From assembly GCA_963701095.1 (NCBI GenBank), contig OY969564.1:1024001-1088000 (forward strand): DNA of 64,000 nt, given 5' to 3'. Every line of letters begins with the position of its first letter. The first letter of the stretch is position 1. The notes under the pieces are model-generated. The model saw only the letters and a list, made by a program, of their open reading frames with translations, searched no databases and was not told where the DNA came from. This DNA is from an uncultured Methanoregulaceae archaeon (GTDB lineage Archaea; Halobacteriota; Methanomicrobia; Methanomicrobiales; Methanospirillaceae). Below, one piece after another: positions 9,976 through 21,522 of the stretch. The translations under genes were made by a program, and so were the position numbers.

Positions 9976-11237
9976 ATGGAACGTCGCCCTGATCTTGTGC
10001 TGGCAAATGTCCGGATCCCCGGAGGGCGAAAAGCAGATGTCGCTATCCGTGATGGCCGGGTTATCCATACCGGTGCAGTGACCTCTGGCATTCAGACAAT
10101 AGATTGCTCGGGGCTTTTTGTCCTGCCTGCGGCAGTTGATGCCCATGTCCACATGAGAGGGGGAAAACAGTCGGCAAAAGAAGACTGGAAAACCGGGAGT
10201 GCAAGCGCTCTTGCCGGGGGGGTGACTGTAGTCGTTGACCAGCCAAATACCATTCCCCCTCTGACAAAACCCGGGGCATTTTTATCCCGGGTTCATGAGG
10301 CAAAAGAGCATTCGCTGTGTAGTTATGCGATAAACAGCGGTGTCACGCCTGGTACACCCATCGAAGAAATGTGGGCACAAGGGGCGATGGCTTTCGGTGA
10401 GATTTTCTATGCCCCTTCAAGTTACAGTGATGCTCTCGATAGTGGAGATCTTTCCCGGGCACTCGGGCGCATCCGGGCCCTTGGGGGTCTTGCAACCATC
10501 CACGCAGAAGGGATCGTCCCGGGAAAAGACACGGGTCTTGCTGCTCACGATGCCCTGCGTTCAGGCCTCCATGAGAAAGAGGCAGTGATCGCTGTGCAGG
10601 CAGGAAATACAGATGGCTGCCGCCTTCATTTCTGTCATATGAGCACTGCCGCGGCAATCGAAGCTGCAAAAGGAACCGTGGAGGTAACCCCCCACCATCT
10701 CTTCCTTTCCCGGGAAAAGACATGTGATGAAAATGCACTGTTCAAGGTAAATCCCCCGGTCAGAAGTGAAAAAGAGCGGGAGAGACTCTGGACATTATGG
10801 GACCGGATCGATATTATCGCCTCTGATCACGCCCCTCACACCAAGGCTGAAAAAACACTTCCGTTCCCTGACGCACCTTCCGGGTCCCGGGCGTTGAAAC
10901 CATGGTACCACTCCTGATGGCCGCAGTGCTTGACCGGAAGATCATGCTCTCCGATCTGATCCGGAAAACTGCTGCGGCACCAGCGGCGCTCCTGGGTATC
11001 CCTCCATCGGGTTTTTCTCCGAAGGACCGGGCTGATTTTGCCCTTTATCCCGATGCTGCAGTCATTATCGAACCGGAAATGCTTCACAGCAGATGCGGGT
11101 GGACGCCATTTGAAGGATTCCGCGCGGTATTTCCCTCAACCGTAATCCTGGGTGGGGATGTTGTCTACAAAGAAGGTGATTTTTTCCCTGCAAATCCCAC
11201 GTGGTTTACCGGGAAAGGTTACGTTCCACCGTCATAA
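9976..11237 (+). CDS. pyrC: Dihydroorotase (amidohydrolase; frameshift near 10885)
   Basis: DAHVHMR, VDQPNTIPP, EVTPHHL, KVNPPVR, ASDHAPH, and C-terminal GWTPFEG in the second frame. Confidence 0.85.
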
Positions 11238-11326
11238 AATTTCCAGGGAAATGTTCTTTGGATTCACAGAGCCACGACACAAACGATAAAGACCTTAACC
11301 AACAGATGAGAAAGGGTGCCGATACA

Positions 11327-11486
11327 GCGCACCCATAGGTCCCCGGGTGATCGATTGGCAAGCGCCTGGAAATGATCCATGGGACAACCCGGGTACGCGA
11401 CAGGCATCGCCCGGCTGAGGGTTTTATACACGGGAGAAGAACGGTAGCAGCCACTGATGATCCATGTGTGTTTAAGCCGGGCGACA
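11327..11486 (+). ncRNA. Candidate two-hairpin box H/ACA pseudouridylation guide RNA
   Basis: Stems 11327-11334/11391-11398 and 11408-11416/11475-11483, followed by ACA at 11400-11402 and 11484-11486. Internal pockets lie 14-16 nt from ACA, with apical GA/TGA K-turn-like motifs. Confidence 0.7.
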
Positions 11487-11508
11487 CTTCCTCTTCAAAA
11501 GGGTATTT

Positions 11509-11853
11509 ATGTCCACGATTGCTGATGCAATTCTCGAAGACAGTGGCAATACTATTCTGTACATCGAAGTCTCGGCGGGCGCACGAAGCGATCTCTTTCC
11601 TGCAGGTTATAACGAATGGCGAAATACTATCGGATGTCGTGTAATTGCCCCTGCAGTTGACGGTAAAGCCAATAAAGCGGTCATAGGCCTTATCAGCACA
11701 AGAACCGGCATACCGGTCTCTGCGGTCTCTATTGTTTCAGGGTTTACCTCATCCCAGAAAAAAATAAGGATCGCTGGTATCACAAAAACAGAAATTACCC
11801 GCATACTTGTCCAGAACGGGAACAAAAACAATCGGAGCCATTTGTTCAAATAG
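11509..11853 (+). CDS. DUF167/UPF0235 family protein
   Basis: APAVDGKANKAV..., IVSGFTSSQK. Confidence 0.85.
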   Translation: MSTIADAILEDSGNTILYIEVSAGARSDLFPAGYNEWRNTIGCRVIAPAVDGKANKAVIGLISTRTGIPVSAVSIVSGFTSSQKKIRIAGITKTEITRILVQNGNKNNRSHLFK

Positions 11854-11997
11854 AACCCAGAAGAAAATACGGTTGTTTACCGGGGATAAAAAAGCTAATC
11901 CGCGAACCTACACTTTAAGTAATTTCCCGTAATATATATATGTTATACCTATGATCAGGCTTTCAACCTATTGCATGATACATGGGGGTGCGTTTAC

Positions 11998-13236
11998 GTG
12001 TATTCACCGGATACTACCAGGTACCTTATTCACATCAGCCTCAGTGCAGAGGGGGTGGTCGAGAAACCTGATGTAGTTGGTGCCATTTTCGGGCAGACTG
12101 AAGGGTTACTCGGCGAAGATCTGGACCTGCGGGATCTCCAGAGGACCGGACGTGTCGGAAGAATCGACGTCCAGATAGCAAGCAAGAAGGGTGAGACTAC
12201 CGGAGAGATTCTGATCTCGACCTCTCTTGACCGGGCAGAGACTGCTGTCCTGGCTGCATCACTTGAGACCATTGATCGCGTAGGTCCTTGTGTTGCGCAT
12301 GTGTCAGTCAGCATGGTCGAGGATATAAGGGTCAGCAAACGGAAGAAAATTGTCGAACGTGCAAAAGAGATTCTTATTGAGCGTTTTGATGACGGCACCA
12401 TCGACAGTGATGAACTGCTTGACGATGTCCGCCAGACGTTAAGAATCGAAAAAATCGGTACGATTGGCGATGAAAAACTTCCTGCGGGCCCTAATATTCT
12501 CGAATCGGATGCAATAATCATTGTTGAAGGAAGGGCTGATGTGATCAACCTCCTCCGGTACGGCATCAAGAATGCTGTAGCTGTGGAAGGCACTAACATT
12601 CCCAAATCGATAGTTGAGCTTACCGAAAGAAAAACCACGACGGCTTTTTTCGACGGCGACCGGGGTGGCGAACTCATTCTCCGGGAGCTCCTCCAGGTTG
12701 CAGACATCGATTATGTTGCATTTTCTCCCCGGGGAAAAAGCGTAGAGGATATGACCAAAAAAGAGGTCATAAAAACGCTACGCAACAAAGTCCCGATTGA
12801 ATATGTCCGGGACCAGTATTTTGAAGATGCCGCCGAACTTCCCGCAGATATTGTCAAACAGAACCGTTCAGTACCAGGTTCTGATGAGGGAAATCGCAAT
12901 GATGCTGCAGGAAGAGCGGGACAGAAGAGACCCAAAGAAAGTTCACCTAAAGTCCCGGTGACCATCCGCGATCATATGGAAGACGTTAGAGGCAAAAGCG
13001 TCGCCCGGTTCATGAACGGGGATATGGGTGTGATCCGGGAGATCCGATCCGAAGAGATGGAAAAAGCAGTTGAAACCCTGGATGAACCAGCCACGGGAGT
13101 TATTGTCGATCGCACGGTCGACCAGAAACTTCTCGATCGCCTGGTATGGAAAGGGCTTGAATATGTCGCGGCAAAAGATTTCAAGGGGATTATAAAAAGG
13201 CCATTAAACATCAGGTTGATCAAAATAAGCTCGTGA
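11998..13236 (+). CDS. dnaG: Archaeal DnaG
   Basis: [35 protein letters not shown]...DGDRGG; GTG start at 11998. Confidence 0.95.
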   Translation: MYSPDTTRYLIHISLSAEGVVEKPDVVGAIFGQTEGLLGEDLDLRDLQRTGRVGRIDVQIASKKGETTGEILISTSLDRAETAVLAASLETIDRVGPCVAHVSVSMVEDIRVSKRKKIVERAKEILIERFDDGTIDSDELLDDVRQTLRIEKIGTIGDEKLPAGPNILESDAIIIVEGRADVINLLRYGIKNAVAVEGTNIPKSIVELTERKTTTAFFDGDRGGELILRELLQVADIDYVAFSPRGKSVEDMTKKEVIKTLRNKVPIEYVRDQYFEDAAELPADIVKQNRSVPGSDEGNRNDAAGRAGQKRPKESSPKVPVTIRDHMEDVRGKSVARFMNGDMGVIREIRSEEMEKAVETLDEPATGVIVDRTVDQKLLDRLVWKGLEYVAAKDFKGIIKRPLNIRLIKISS

Positions 13237-13300
13237 AGTTCGAAGCCGCGCAAATTTATTTATGGAGGGGATGCACTATGATACACTTTGGAGTGGAACT

Positions 13301-13582
13301 GTGCACAAGGAAGAACTCGTTAACCTTCACAAAATACTTTTCGAGGTCAAGGACTATTTTGAAGAGATCAACCCGGACCTGAAGTTTTCCCAGTACAGTG
13401 CGTTAAAGATTACCCCGTCCCAGATGCACAAGAGCAAACTCGAGCATAAATACGCCATCTTTGTTCTTGGTAACGAAATTGCCAATGCGATGAAAGAAGT
13501 CGATTATACCTCGTCTTCACGAATTTCGGCACGTATGAAGGACCTTGCCGAAAAGACTCTTAAAGAAATGGAATACGCCTGA
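13301..13582 (+). CDS. UPF0058 family protein
   Basis: MHKEEL..LH..., HKSKLEHKYAIFVLG. Confidence 0.85.
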   Translation: MHKEELVNLHKILFEVKDYFEEINPDLKFSQYSALKITPSQMHKSKLEHKYAIFVLGNEIANAMKEVDYTSSSRISARMKDLAEKTLKEMEYA

Positions 13583-13696
13583 TCCTTCCAGACTCTCTTT
13601 TTCACAAAATATTAGTCGCCGTAGAGTCGATATCGCCGACCGTTCTCACCCTGAAGGGGCATAAACACTAAATCCGAGCAGGTGAATCAATCCTGT

Positions 13697-14632
13697 ATGC
13701 GATATTTCCCTGATCCGGACCGGGACCTTAACCTCGGCGACGTAAACCGAGTTGTCGAAGCTGCATTTGCTGATCATGGAAAAGGGCTTGTGCAGATGCC
13801 GCCCAAAGTCTATATCACCCTCCCTGCCGGGGATTTCAGGACAATGCCGGCGTACCTTCCCTCACTGGGGATTGCCGGTGTAAAGATTGTCAACGTTCAC
13901 CCGGATAACCCGAAAGTGGGGCTTCCGACGGTAATGGCGTTGACGATTATTCTTGACCTGGCAACCGGGAGACCCATGGCGATCCTTAACGCTACCCGGC
14001 TCACAGATATGCGGACCGGGGCCTCCGGGGCAATTGCGGCAAAATATCTTGCACCAAAAAAAGAGTGCGTTCTTGGCATTATAGGCACAGGCCGCCAGGC
14101 AGAAGCCCAGGTAAGGGCCACGGCGCAGGAATTGCCCCTTGAACAGGTCAAGGTCTGGAGCCGGAACCCGGCACACGCCGAAGCTTTTGCTGCACGGCTC
14201 TCCCCGCTTTCTGCAATAAGCCAGTCTATTGAAAAAGTCTGTGACTGCGATATTCTCGTAACCACGACACCGTCCCGCGTTCCTATCGTTAAAAGCGAAT
14301 GGATACATGCCGGAACGCACATTAATGCCATAGGTGCCGATGCCCCCGGTAAAGAGGAACTGGATCCGGAGATCCTGCACCGGGCCAGGGTATTTGTTGA
14401 TGATCCGGCACAGGCATTCCATTCCGGCGAAATAAACGTGCCTATCAGCAGGGGACTGTATCAGCCATGGATGATCGCCGGCACCCTTGGGGAAATAGTA
14501 ATAGGCAAACGAAAACGTGAAAGCAAAGATGAGATCACGATCTTTGATTCCACCGGGCTTGCAATTCAGGATCTGGCAATTGCATCGATTGCGATGCGTC
14601 AGGCATCCGGTATGGAACTACCGTTCCTGTGA
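13697..14632 (+). CDS. Ornithine cyclodeaminase/mu-crystallin family (archaeal alanine dehydrogenase-like)
   Basis: GDFRTMPAY, GVKIVNVHPDNP, LTDMRTGA, GTGRQA, FDSTGLAIQD. Confidence 0.88.
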   Translation: MRYFPDPDRDLNLGDVNRVVEAAFADHGKGLVQMPPKVYITLPAGDFRTMPAYLPSLGIAGVKIVNVHPDNPKVGLPTVMALTIILDLATGRPMAILNATRLTDMRTGASGAIAAKYLAPKKECVLGIIGTGRQAEAQVRATAQELPLEQVKVWSRNPAHAEAFAARLSPLSAISQSIEKVCDCDILVTTTPSRVPIVKSEWIHAGTHINAIGADAPGKEELDPEILHRARVFVDDPAQAFHSGEINVPISRGLYQPWMIAGTLGEIVIGKRKRESKDEITIFDSTGLAIQDLAIASIAMRQASGMELPFL

Positions 14633-14731
14633 GATACGGTTCGTTCTGCCACATATACCGTAACAAAGGAAACCTCACGGCTAAAAGACATTTAACCGGA
14701 TTGTCCGGCATACAAATATAATGTAAAAAAA

Positions 14732-16196
14732 TTACTGCTTCTCTTTTGCGTATTTTTTCCAGACCTGTTCACGATAGACCGGGCCGCTGTTATAGGTACA
14801 GAAAGGAATAAGCTTGCCATCCGGTGTCGCGTAATGGATACAACATCTCTGGACACGCTCGATATCGTAATTATATTTGTCCATGAAATGCATCGTCCCG
14901 ATGAAAAGGGCATTCCAGTGGAACTCACGTAAGGCATCGAAGTTCTGGGCTATCAATGTTTTACCGATCAATTTCCAGAAGTCCGCCGCGTTTCCTTTCT
15001 CCGCTTTCTTGAAGGAGGCATGAAGCTCTTTTACCCCTTCCAGCAGGGTGGCGTATTTGTTGATAGTTCCGCCTTTTTTGAGTTTGGTTGCCATGAGTTC
15101 AATTGCCGCAAAGAGGCTCTCTACGTCAACCATTCTCGTTACCGGTACCATCCCCTCTTTTGTTATAAAAACATATGTCGCTGCACCGCAATGTTCGTGA
15201 GCGGTGAACCGCACCTGAGGCCCGCGTGTATGCCTCCACCAAATCGGAAAATGGCAGGACACAAGGCACCGGATAAAAATCGCCTTTTTTAAGAATGCCG
15301 CCAGTCTGTATCTCGATTTCCCCAAGAAGTTCCGGTATCGTTATACGTTCCTTATCGATATCTTCATCATTTGCTGCCCCGGTAAATGCCACCGGCTGGA
15401 AATTAACACCCCGGACAATGGAGATGTGTTCAGCGGCAAATTTCAGGATTTCACCTACTTCACCAGAGTTTCTTCCCTTAATGACCGTAGGGACAAGGAC
15501 TACACCAAGGCCGGCCTTATGCAGGTTTTCCAGTGCCTTGATATGGATCTTTAAGAAAGGGTTGGTTGCTGGTGTAACTCCGTCGAAGTGGAGATAGACC
15601 GTCGAAAGACCGGCGTCTTTGAGCTGCTGGGAAAGGAGCGGGTTATTTGCCAGTTTAACGCCATTCGTTGCGATCTGGACCTGGGGGAATCCAAGTTCCT
15701 TTGCCTTTTTGACGATATCAACAAGATCGTCCCGCATAGTTGGCTCCCCGCCAGAAAACTGGACAGCGGGCGCCGGGACCGGTTCTTCGTGCCGGAGCAC
15801 CTGCATCATGCTGACAATTTCGTCAAAAGTGGGCTCATACACAAACCCGCATGCACGGGCATTGGCAAAACAAAAGTCACAATCCAGGTTGCACCGGTTT
15901 GTGAGATCTATATTGGCAAGCAGTGTTCCCGAGTGGTGGTTACTGCAAAGACCACAGGCTGTAGGACACGTATCGGAGATTACCGGATTCTGGGGATTGG
16001 ATACCCCACGACCTACAGCGTCAAACTTTGCAAACCGGTGATACATCTCCGCATCTGACCAGTACACGTGCCGGAATTTCCCGTGTTCGGGACACGTCCG
16101 TACAAGCCAGATCTTCCCTTCCTCCTCAACAATTTCCGCTTCCAGAACTTTCCCACAGGCAGGGCAAAGGCTGCGTGTTTTTTTGATCATCACCAT
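14732..16196 (-). CDS. tes: Radical SAM tetraether lipid (GDGT) synthase (frameshift near 15220)
   Basis: N-terminal CPxC...CPEHG, CPTACGLC..H, RCNLDCDFCFANA, C-terminal RCCIHYATPDG..IPFCTYN. Confidence 0.85.
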
Positions 16197-16324
16197 ATTT
16201 CCACCCGATGCACCAAATACACGACCACTAATTTGGCTTTTTGAGTAACCTTAATCTTTTTATCTGCTCTTTATTAGAGGTATTGGAGTGCTACACTATT
16301 AGTGCTGAGTCATTCATAATACCA

Positions 16325-16858
16325 TTGCTCTCTACACTGCTCGCCGCATTCTGGATCATGGTTCCTGCATATGTCCCCAATCCTGTCGCTGCTGTCTGTG
16401 GTGGCGGGATGCCGATAGATTTTGGCAAAACATACGCAGATGGACGGAGGATCCTAGGAGACGGAAAAACCTACCGGGGTCTTGTATGCGGGGTGTGTGC
16501 GGGCATCGCGGTTGGCTTTTTGCAGATCTGGCTTTTCGGGACATTTGGCTTGACGTTCCTTCCGCAGCAGACGCTCGCCTCCATTGTAATCCTTGCCTTT
16601 GGCGCACTTCTCGGTGATATGGGAAAAAGTTTCATCAAGCGGCGGATTGGAAAAAACCGGGGGGAATCATGGCCGATAGCAGATCAGTATGACCTGGTTG
16701 CCGGTGCTTTTATCCTCATGCTGGTCTTTGACCCGGCATGGATATTCACCAATGTAACATGGCAAATACTCATAGTTATCCTGATCCTGACACCTATTCT
16801 CCACCGGACGGTTAATATTATCGGGTACCATATAAGGGTTAAGAAAGAGCCCTGGTGA
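16325..16858 (+). CDS. carS: CDP-archaeol synthase (DUF46); start uncertain
   Basis: PAYVPNPVAA..GGG.PIDFG, GDGKTYRG, GDMGKSFIKRR, DQYD. Confidence 0.9.
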   Translation: MLSTLLAAFWIMVPAYVPNPVAAVCGGGMPIDFGKTYADGRRILGDGKTYRGLVCGVCAGIAVGFLQIWLFGTFGLTFLPQQTLASIVILAFGALLGDMGKSFIKRRIGKNRGESWPIADQYDLVAGAFILMLVFDPAWIFTNVTWQILIVILILTPILHRTVNIIGYHIRVKKEPW

Positions 16859-16864
16859 TTTCCC

Positions 16865-17368
16865 ATGAATGCGATAGCAGATCTCCTGATCACGTGTAAA
16901 GCCATCGAGTTTGGTGATTTCACCTTAGCATCCGGCGCAAAAAGCCGGTACTATGTAGATATAAAAACTGCCGTGACGCATCCTGAGTTCCTCGAAGCGA
17001 TAGCACGAGAAATAGCCAAACGGTACACCTTTGACGTTATAGCAGGAGTTGCCGTTGGCGGGGTTCCTCTGGCAGTCGCGATCTCCCTCGCCGCTAAAAA
17101 ACCCTTTGCAATTATCCGGGCAGAAGAAAAAGACCATGGCAAGAAGTCCCTGATCATCGGTGATGTCAAAGGAAAGGAGATTCTCCTTGTAGAGGATGTT
17201 ACCACATCGGGAAGTTCTGCATTGTATGGCATTTCGGTGCTCAGGAACGCCGGTGCGATGGCAAATCGGGTTGTCACCGTGGTTGACCGTGAGCAGGGTG
17301 CCGAGGAAACGTTAAAAAAACAGGCCGTCGATTTAATCCCGCTTGTCAGGGTCAGCGAAATCCTCTGA
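16865..17368 (+). CDS. pyrE: Orotate phosphoribosyltransferase
   Basis: FTLASGAKSRYYVD, LLVEDVTTSG. Confidence 0.93.
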   Translation: MNAIADLLITCKAIEFGDFTLASGAKSRYYVDIKTAVTHPEFLEAIAREIAKRYTFDVIAGVAVGGVPLAVAISLAAKKPFAIIRAEEKDHGKKSLIIGDVKGKEILLVEDVTTSGSSALYGISVLRNAGAMANRVVTVVDREQGAEETLKKQAVDLIPLVRVSEIL

Positions 17369-17420
17369 CGAAAAAGGACAAAGCATAAACCATTTTTAAC
17401 AAAAAGAACCCATGTGATGG

Positions 17421-18710
17421 ATGATGAAGATTCTCGTTGTTGGTGGCGGCGGAAGGGAACATGCGATAGCATCTGCACTACACCGCACCGGCGAGTCAGA
17501 AATCTTTTCCGTAATGTCAAAAAAGAATCCCGGGATCGCTCGCCTCGCAAAGGAGATGTGCCTCGTACCGGAGACGGACCTGACCCGGATCGAAGCGTTT
17601 GCCGCAAAGACCGGTGTTACCCATGCAATTATCGGCCCTGAAGCACCGCTTGAAGCTGGTGTAGTGGATCGCCTCTCAGCCTCCGGGATCGAATGTGTAG
17701 GCCCGACAAAAAATGCTGCACGTATTGAAACCGATAAGGCATTCTGCCGGAACCTGATGACGCACTACAACATTGGTGGTAACCCTGACTACCGGGTTTA
17801 CCATGACACGTCTGAGGCGATAGCATTTGTCAAGGATCATGACGGCGATCTGGCCGTCAAACCAATCGGCCTTACCGGGGGAAAAGGTGTCCGGATCATG
17901 GGAGAGCAGGTAGACCGGGCCGGGGCCATCGCGTATATCCGGGAGGTTAATGGCGGAGTTGTCCTTGAAGAAAGATTAAAAGGGGAAGAGTTCACACTCC
18001 AGGCATTTGTCGACGGTTTTCACATTGTTCCCATGCCGCTTGTGCAGGACCATAAACGGGCAGGTGAAGGTGACACCGGGCCAAATACGGGAGGAATGGG
18101 ATCCTATTCGATGCCTGACCATATGCTCCCGTTTGTGAGCCGGAAGGATCACACAACCGCACTTTCCATTATGGCTTCCGTTGTCGCCGCTCTTAAAAAA
18201 GAGGGGCATCCCTTTAAAGGAATACTGTACGGCCAGTTTATGAACACTGCCGAAGGTCCTAAAGTCATAGAATTCAATGCACGATTTGGGGATCCTGAGG
18301 CAATGAACGTGCTTACACTCCTTTGTTCTGATTTTGGTAAGGTGGTTACCGGGATTACAGAAGGTACACTAACGGCAACCGACGTTGTATTTGAAAAGGC
18401 TGCAACCGTCTGCAAGTACCTTGTACCTGAAGGATATCCGCAGGCACCCTTGTCCGGAAGGCCTCTTGTCACCGGGAAAAAACGGAATGCGCTCCTTTAT
18501 TATGCAAACGTGGAGGAGCGGGAGGGGAAACTCTATACCCTCACATCCCGGACGCTTGCATTTGTGGGAAAAGCAGACACTCTTCCCGAGGCAGAACAAA
18601 TCGCTGAAAAAGCCGTGTCTGCAGTCACGGGAGATGTCTTCCATCGCAGCGATATCGGTACGCAGGCGCTCCTGAATAAACGGATCACCCATATGAAGGA
18701 GCTACGATGA
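17421..18710 (+). CDS. purD: Phosphoribosylamine-glycine ligase
   Basis: [32 protein letters not shown]. Confidence 0.95.
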   Translation: MMKILVVGGGGREHAIASALHRTGESEIFSVMSKKNPGIARLAKEMCLVPETDLTRIEAFAAKTGVTHAIIGPEAPLEAGVVDRLSASGIECVGPTKNAARIETDKAFCRNLMTHYNIGGNPDYRVYHDTSEAIAFVKDHDGDLAVKPIGLTGGKGVRIMGEQVDRAGAIAYIREVNGGVVLEERLKGEEFTLQAFVDGFHIVPMPLVQDHKRAGEGDTGPNTGGMGSYSMPDHMLPFVSRKDHTTALSIMASVVAALKKEGHPFKGILYGQFMNTAEGPKVIEFNARFGDPEAMNVLTLLCSDFGKVVTGITEGTLTATDVVFEKAATVCKYLVPEGYPQAPLSGRPLVTGKKRNALLYYANVEEREGKLYTLTSRTLAFVGKADTLPEAEQIAEKAVSAVTGDVFHRSDIGTQALLNKRITHMKELR

Positions 18711-19620
18711 AGAAAGATTTTCTTTCTATTCTGGATATTACCAAAACAGAACTTGGTGAGATCCTTTCCGACGCTGAACGTCTGAAACGGCAGAAACGGG
18801 CAGGCGTTCCCCATGAACTGTTGCGGGGCATGTCCTTAGCCATGATATTTGAAAAATCCTCGACAAGGACCCATATCTCGTTTGAAGTGGGGATGCATGA
18901 ACTCGGCGGCCATGCCCTTTTCTTAAATGCAAAAGATCTCCAGATAGGAAGAGGCGAGGAGATCCGCGATACCGCCAGAGTTACTTCCCGTTATGTGTCC
19001 GGCGTAATGATCCGAGCTTACTCCCACGATACTGTCGAGGAACTGGCAGAATTTGCAACCATCCCCGTCATTAACGGCCTTTCTGACCGGGAGCACCCCT
19101 GCCAGCTGCTTGCAGATATCCTGACTATCCGTGAGCATTTCGGCGACGTCAGGGATCTGAGTGTTGCCTGGGTAGGAGACGGTAATAATGTGTGTACGTC
19201 CCTTGTCCTTTCTTCGGTCCTAACGGGTATGGCGGTTACGGTCGCAAGTCCGAAAGGCTACGGAGTGGATCCTGAAGTCCTCAAACGTGCGCAAAAGCTG
19301 GGGGAAATGTCAGGACTGCTGCAACACCTGAAGAAGCGGTAAAGGACGCCCACGTGATTGTTACTGACACGTGGGTGTCGATGGGTGATGAGAAAGAGCG
19401 GGAAAAACGTCTTGCCGCTTTTCACAAATACACGGTTAACGACCAGTTACTCCGGCAGGCTGCCCCGGATGCCCGTGTACTCCACTGCCTGCCCGCTCAC
19501 CGGGGCGAGGAAATTACAGGGGAGGTTCTTGACGGGCCGCAAAGTCTGGTATGGGACGAAGCTGAAAACCGGCTCCATGCCCAGAAAGCGTTGCTGGTAA
19601 AACTCCTTAAAAAACAGTAG
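18707..19620 (+). CDS. argF: Ornithine carbamoyltransferase (frameshift in G-run near 19300)
   Basis: [27 protein letters not shown]. Confidence 0.93.
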
Positions 19621-19636
19621 CCGGTAAAAAACGGTT

Positions 19637-19897
19637 TTATTCCCCGATGAACTTACGGACTTCATCGATCATATATTTTTCAACCCGTTCCGCAACTTCG
19701 CGTGTGCCCCGGAACGCAAGGAGTTCCCGTTCGTCGCCGTCCATGTTGGCGAATTTAAGTTTCTGTTTACGTTCCACTACTTCAACATCGAACTTTTTTG
19801 CTATATCCAGGATTATGGAACGCGGAACTCCCGGGGGGATCAGGACATCACAAAGCGATTCTTCAGGCATCTGGCTGGTTTCTGGGTTGTCTGACAT
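19637..19897 (-). CDS. Small hypothetical protein downstream of marker 14
   Basis: 86 aa ORF, co-oriented with and 13 nt from the marker 14 gene. Confidence 0.7.
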   Translation of the reverse strand: MSDNPETSQMPEESLCDVLIPPGVPRSIILDIAKKFDVEVVERKQKLKFANMDGDERELLAFRGTREVAERVEKYMIDEVRKFIGE

Positions 19898-19910
19898 AGT
19901 TAATCAATTC

Positions 19911-21410
19911 CTACTTACCGATTTTGATGCGCCGGCTCATAATACAGGGCCCTCCCCGTACGCCGCCAATAGGGTTTTTGGGTTTTCCAAGGGAGTTCAT
20001 GCACCGTCCCATAAGGGCAGCCCCGCGGGCAAGACCGTCATCAACGAAAACAAGGTGGTCGTTTGGATCATCGAAAAGATTGCGCTCGGTAATCCCCTCA
20101 AGGATGTACTCGGGTTTTCTTCCGGAAATAGCCGCCCGCCCGGTAAAACCGATGGATGCATTTCGCGGGACTAAACGTTCTTCCACGGCCACATCAATAA
20201 GCCGCAGTGCCATCTTCGCGCATACACGGTCAACTACTTCATTAAGGACAGAGAGGTTGTATTTTTTATGAATTTCAGCACCAATCTCGTATAATTTATC
20301 AAGGTCACCGCTGTTGACCCCGCAATCGCAGCCGATCATCGCAACTTTGGATTCTTTTGCCAGCTTCGCATTCACGGGAACACGCCCGAACCGATCCCGG
20401 TCTGCCGGTACGATGCGGATATCGATATGTTCGTGGCACCTGGTGACAAAATCGTCAATAATGGTACGATTGCCCCCGGAGAAAATCCCTCCGGCGACGC
20501 TGTGCTCCCCAAAAATATCAAGAGCAGTTCCGGTCCGTTCCTGGACAAGACCGGTGCCACGGACAATCGCATCAGGAATTGCGCCGGCAAGACCGCAGAA
20601 GTTCCCGATAGTCTTTGCAAACGGGGTTATATCGTCAGGTTTGACGTCGCTGGTTATCCTCCCGTCCAGAGTCGTGCCAAAATCCACAGAAATGCAGGGG
20701 TTCCGGAAATCGACCGGTGTCCATTTTGCACCTTCCTTGATCCCGGCCATGGCGAGTTCGCCTTCCATCTCGTTTGCGACCATCTCGACTCCGGTCAAAC
20801 CCACCGGTGGAATCACACCGGCGACTGCCCCGATAAACACGACCTTGTCAGCAAAACTGAACGGCTGAAGTTTTTCAGCCTGGTTTGCTTTGGTCATGGG
20901 CGGGGTCATTTTCCGGGGAGGAACCCCGGCAATCAGGCAGCCGTTTGCAAGGGCGATGACAAAGTCCCCGACCTGGTCCGGGGATTCCATTTCTGCAACA
21001 ACCCCGGTACTGCGGACGACAAAGTCGAGATCCTTCTGGATGTCAAGGTGTGCTTCTTTGTGGCACTGGAGTAACGTATCCCGCACCAGCTCGGTGACGG
21101 CCTGGCGTGAGAGTTTTGTTCCGTCAAGCGTTTCACCAAAAACCTCTTCTCCGGGTTTTGGCGGCCGTATATCCCGGCTCATGCTTACGGTTTTGTTGAT
21201 AACATAGGATTTGCCGGTTTCAAGGCTTACCCCGGTAAGAATACATTTGGTTGTGGTATTACCCATCTCTACAGATGCTACGATAAAATAGGGCTTGTTT
21301 TTGTATTCCGGGATCATCATACCCGCACCGTGCGCAATAGAAGGGGGCGGAGGGCTTTCTACGATATGGGGTTTGAGTTTGACCCATCTACTGAAGAAAC
21401 TGGCGCACAT
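19911..21410 (-). CDS. Methanogenesis marker protein 14 (DUF2114)
   Basis: VASVEMGNTTTKCIL, DFGTTLDGR, DDGLARGAA, GGVRGGPCI. Confidence 0.88.
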   Translation of the reverse strand: MCASFFSRWVKLKPHIVESPPPPSIAHGAGMMIPEYKNKPYFIVASVEMGNTTTKCILTGVSLETGKSYVINKTVSMSRDIRPPKPGEEVFGETLDGTKLSRQAVTELVRDTLLQCHKEAHLDIQKDLDFVVRSTGVVAEMESPDQVGDFVIALANGCLIAGVPPRKMTPPMTKANQAEKLQPFSFADKVVFIGAVAGVIPPVGLTGVEMVANEMEGELAMAGIKEGAKWTPVDFRNPCISVDFGTTLDGRITSDVKPDDITPFAKTIGNFCGLAGAIPDAIVRGTGLVQERTGTALDIFGEHSVAGGIFSGGNRTIIDDFVTRCHEHIDIRIVPADRDRFGRVPVNAKLAKESKVAMIGCDCGVNSGDLDKLYEIGAEIHKKYNLSVLNEVVDRVCAKMALRLIDVAVEERLVPRNASIGFTGRAAISGRKPEYILEGITERNLFDDPNDHLVFVDDGLARGAALMGRCMNSLGKPKNPIGGVRGGPCIMSRRIKIGK

Positions 21411-21522
21411 TATCTTACGATTTGGTTGTTAGAGGATATATGTTTCTTTTTTGTGCTCGTCAGTGGCAGTAAAACCGTTACCCGGTACTAGCAGGTAAAA
21501 AGGAAGAAGGGAAGAAAGAATC

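Noticed and set aside
11240..11500. RNase P or SRP RNA
   Set aside because: No GAGGAAAGTCC-type RNase P signature or SRP helix-8 motif, and too short; the H/ACA architecture fits better.
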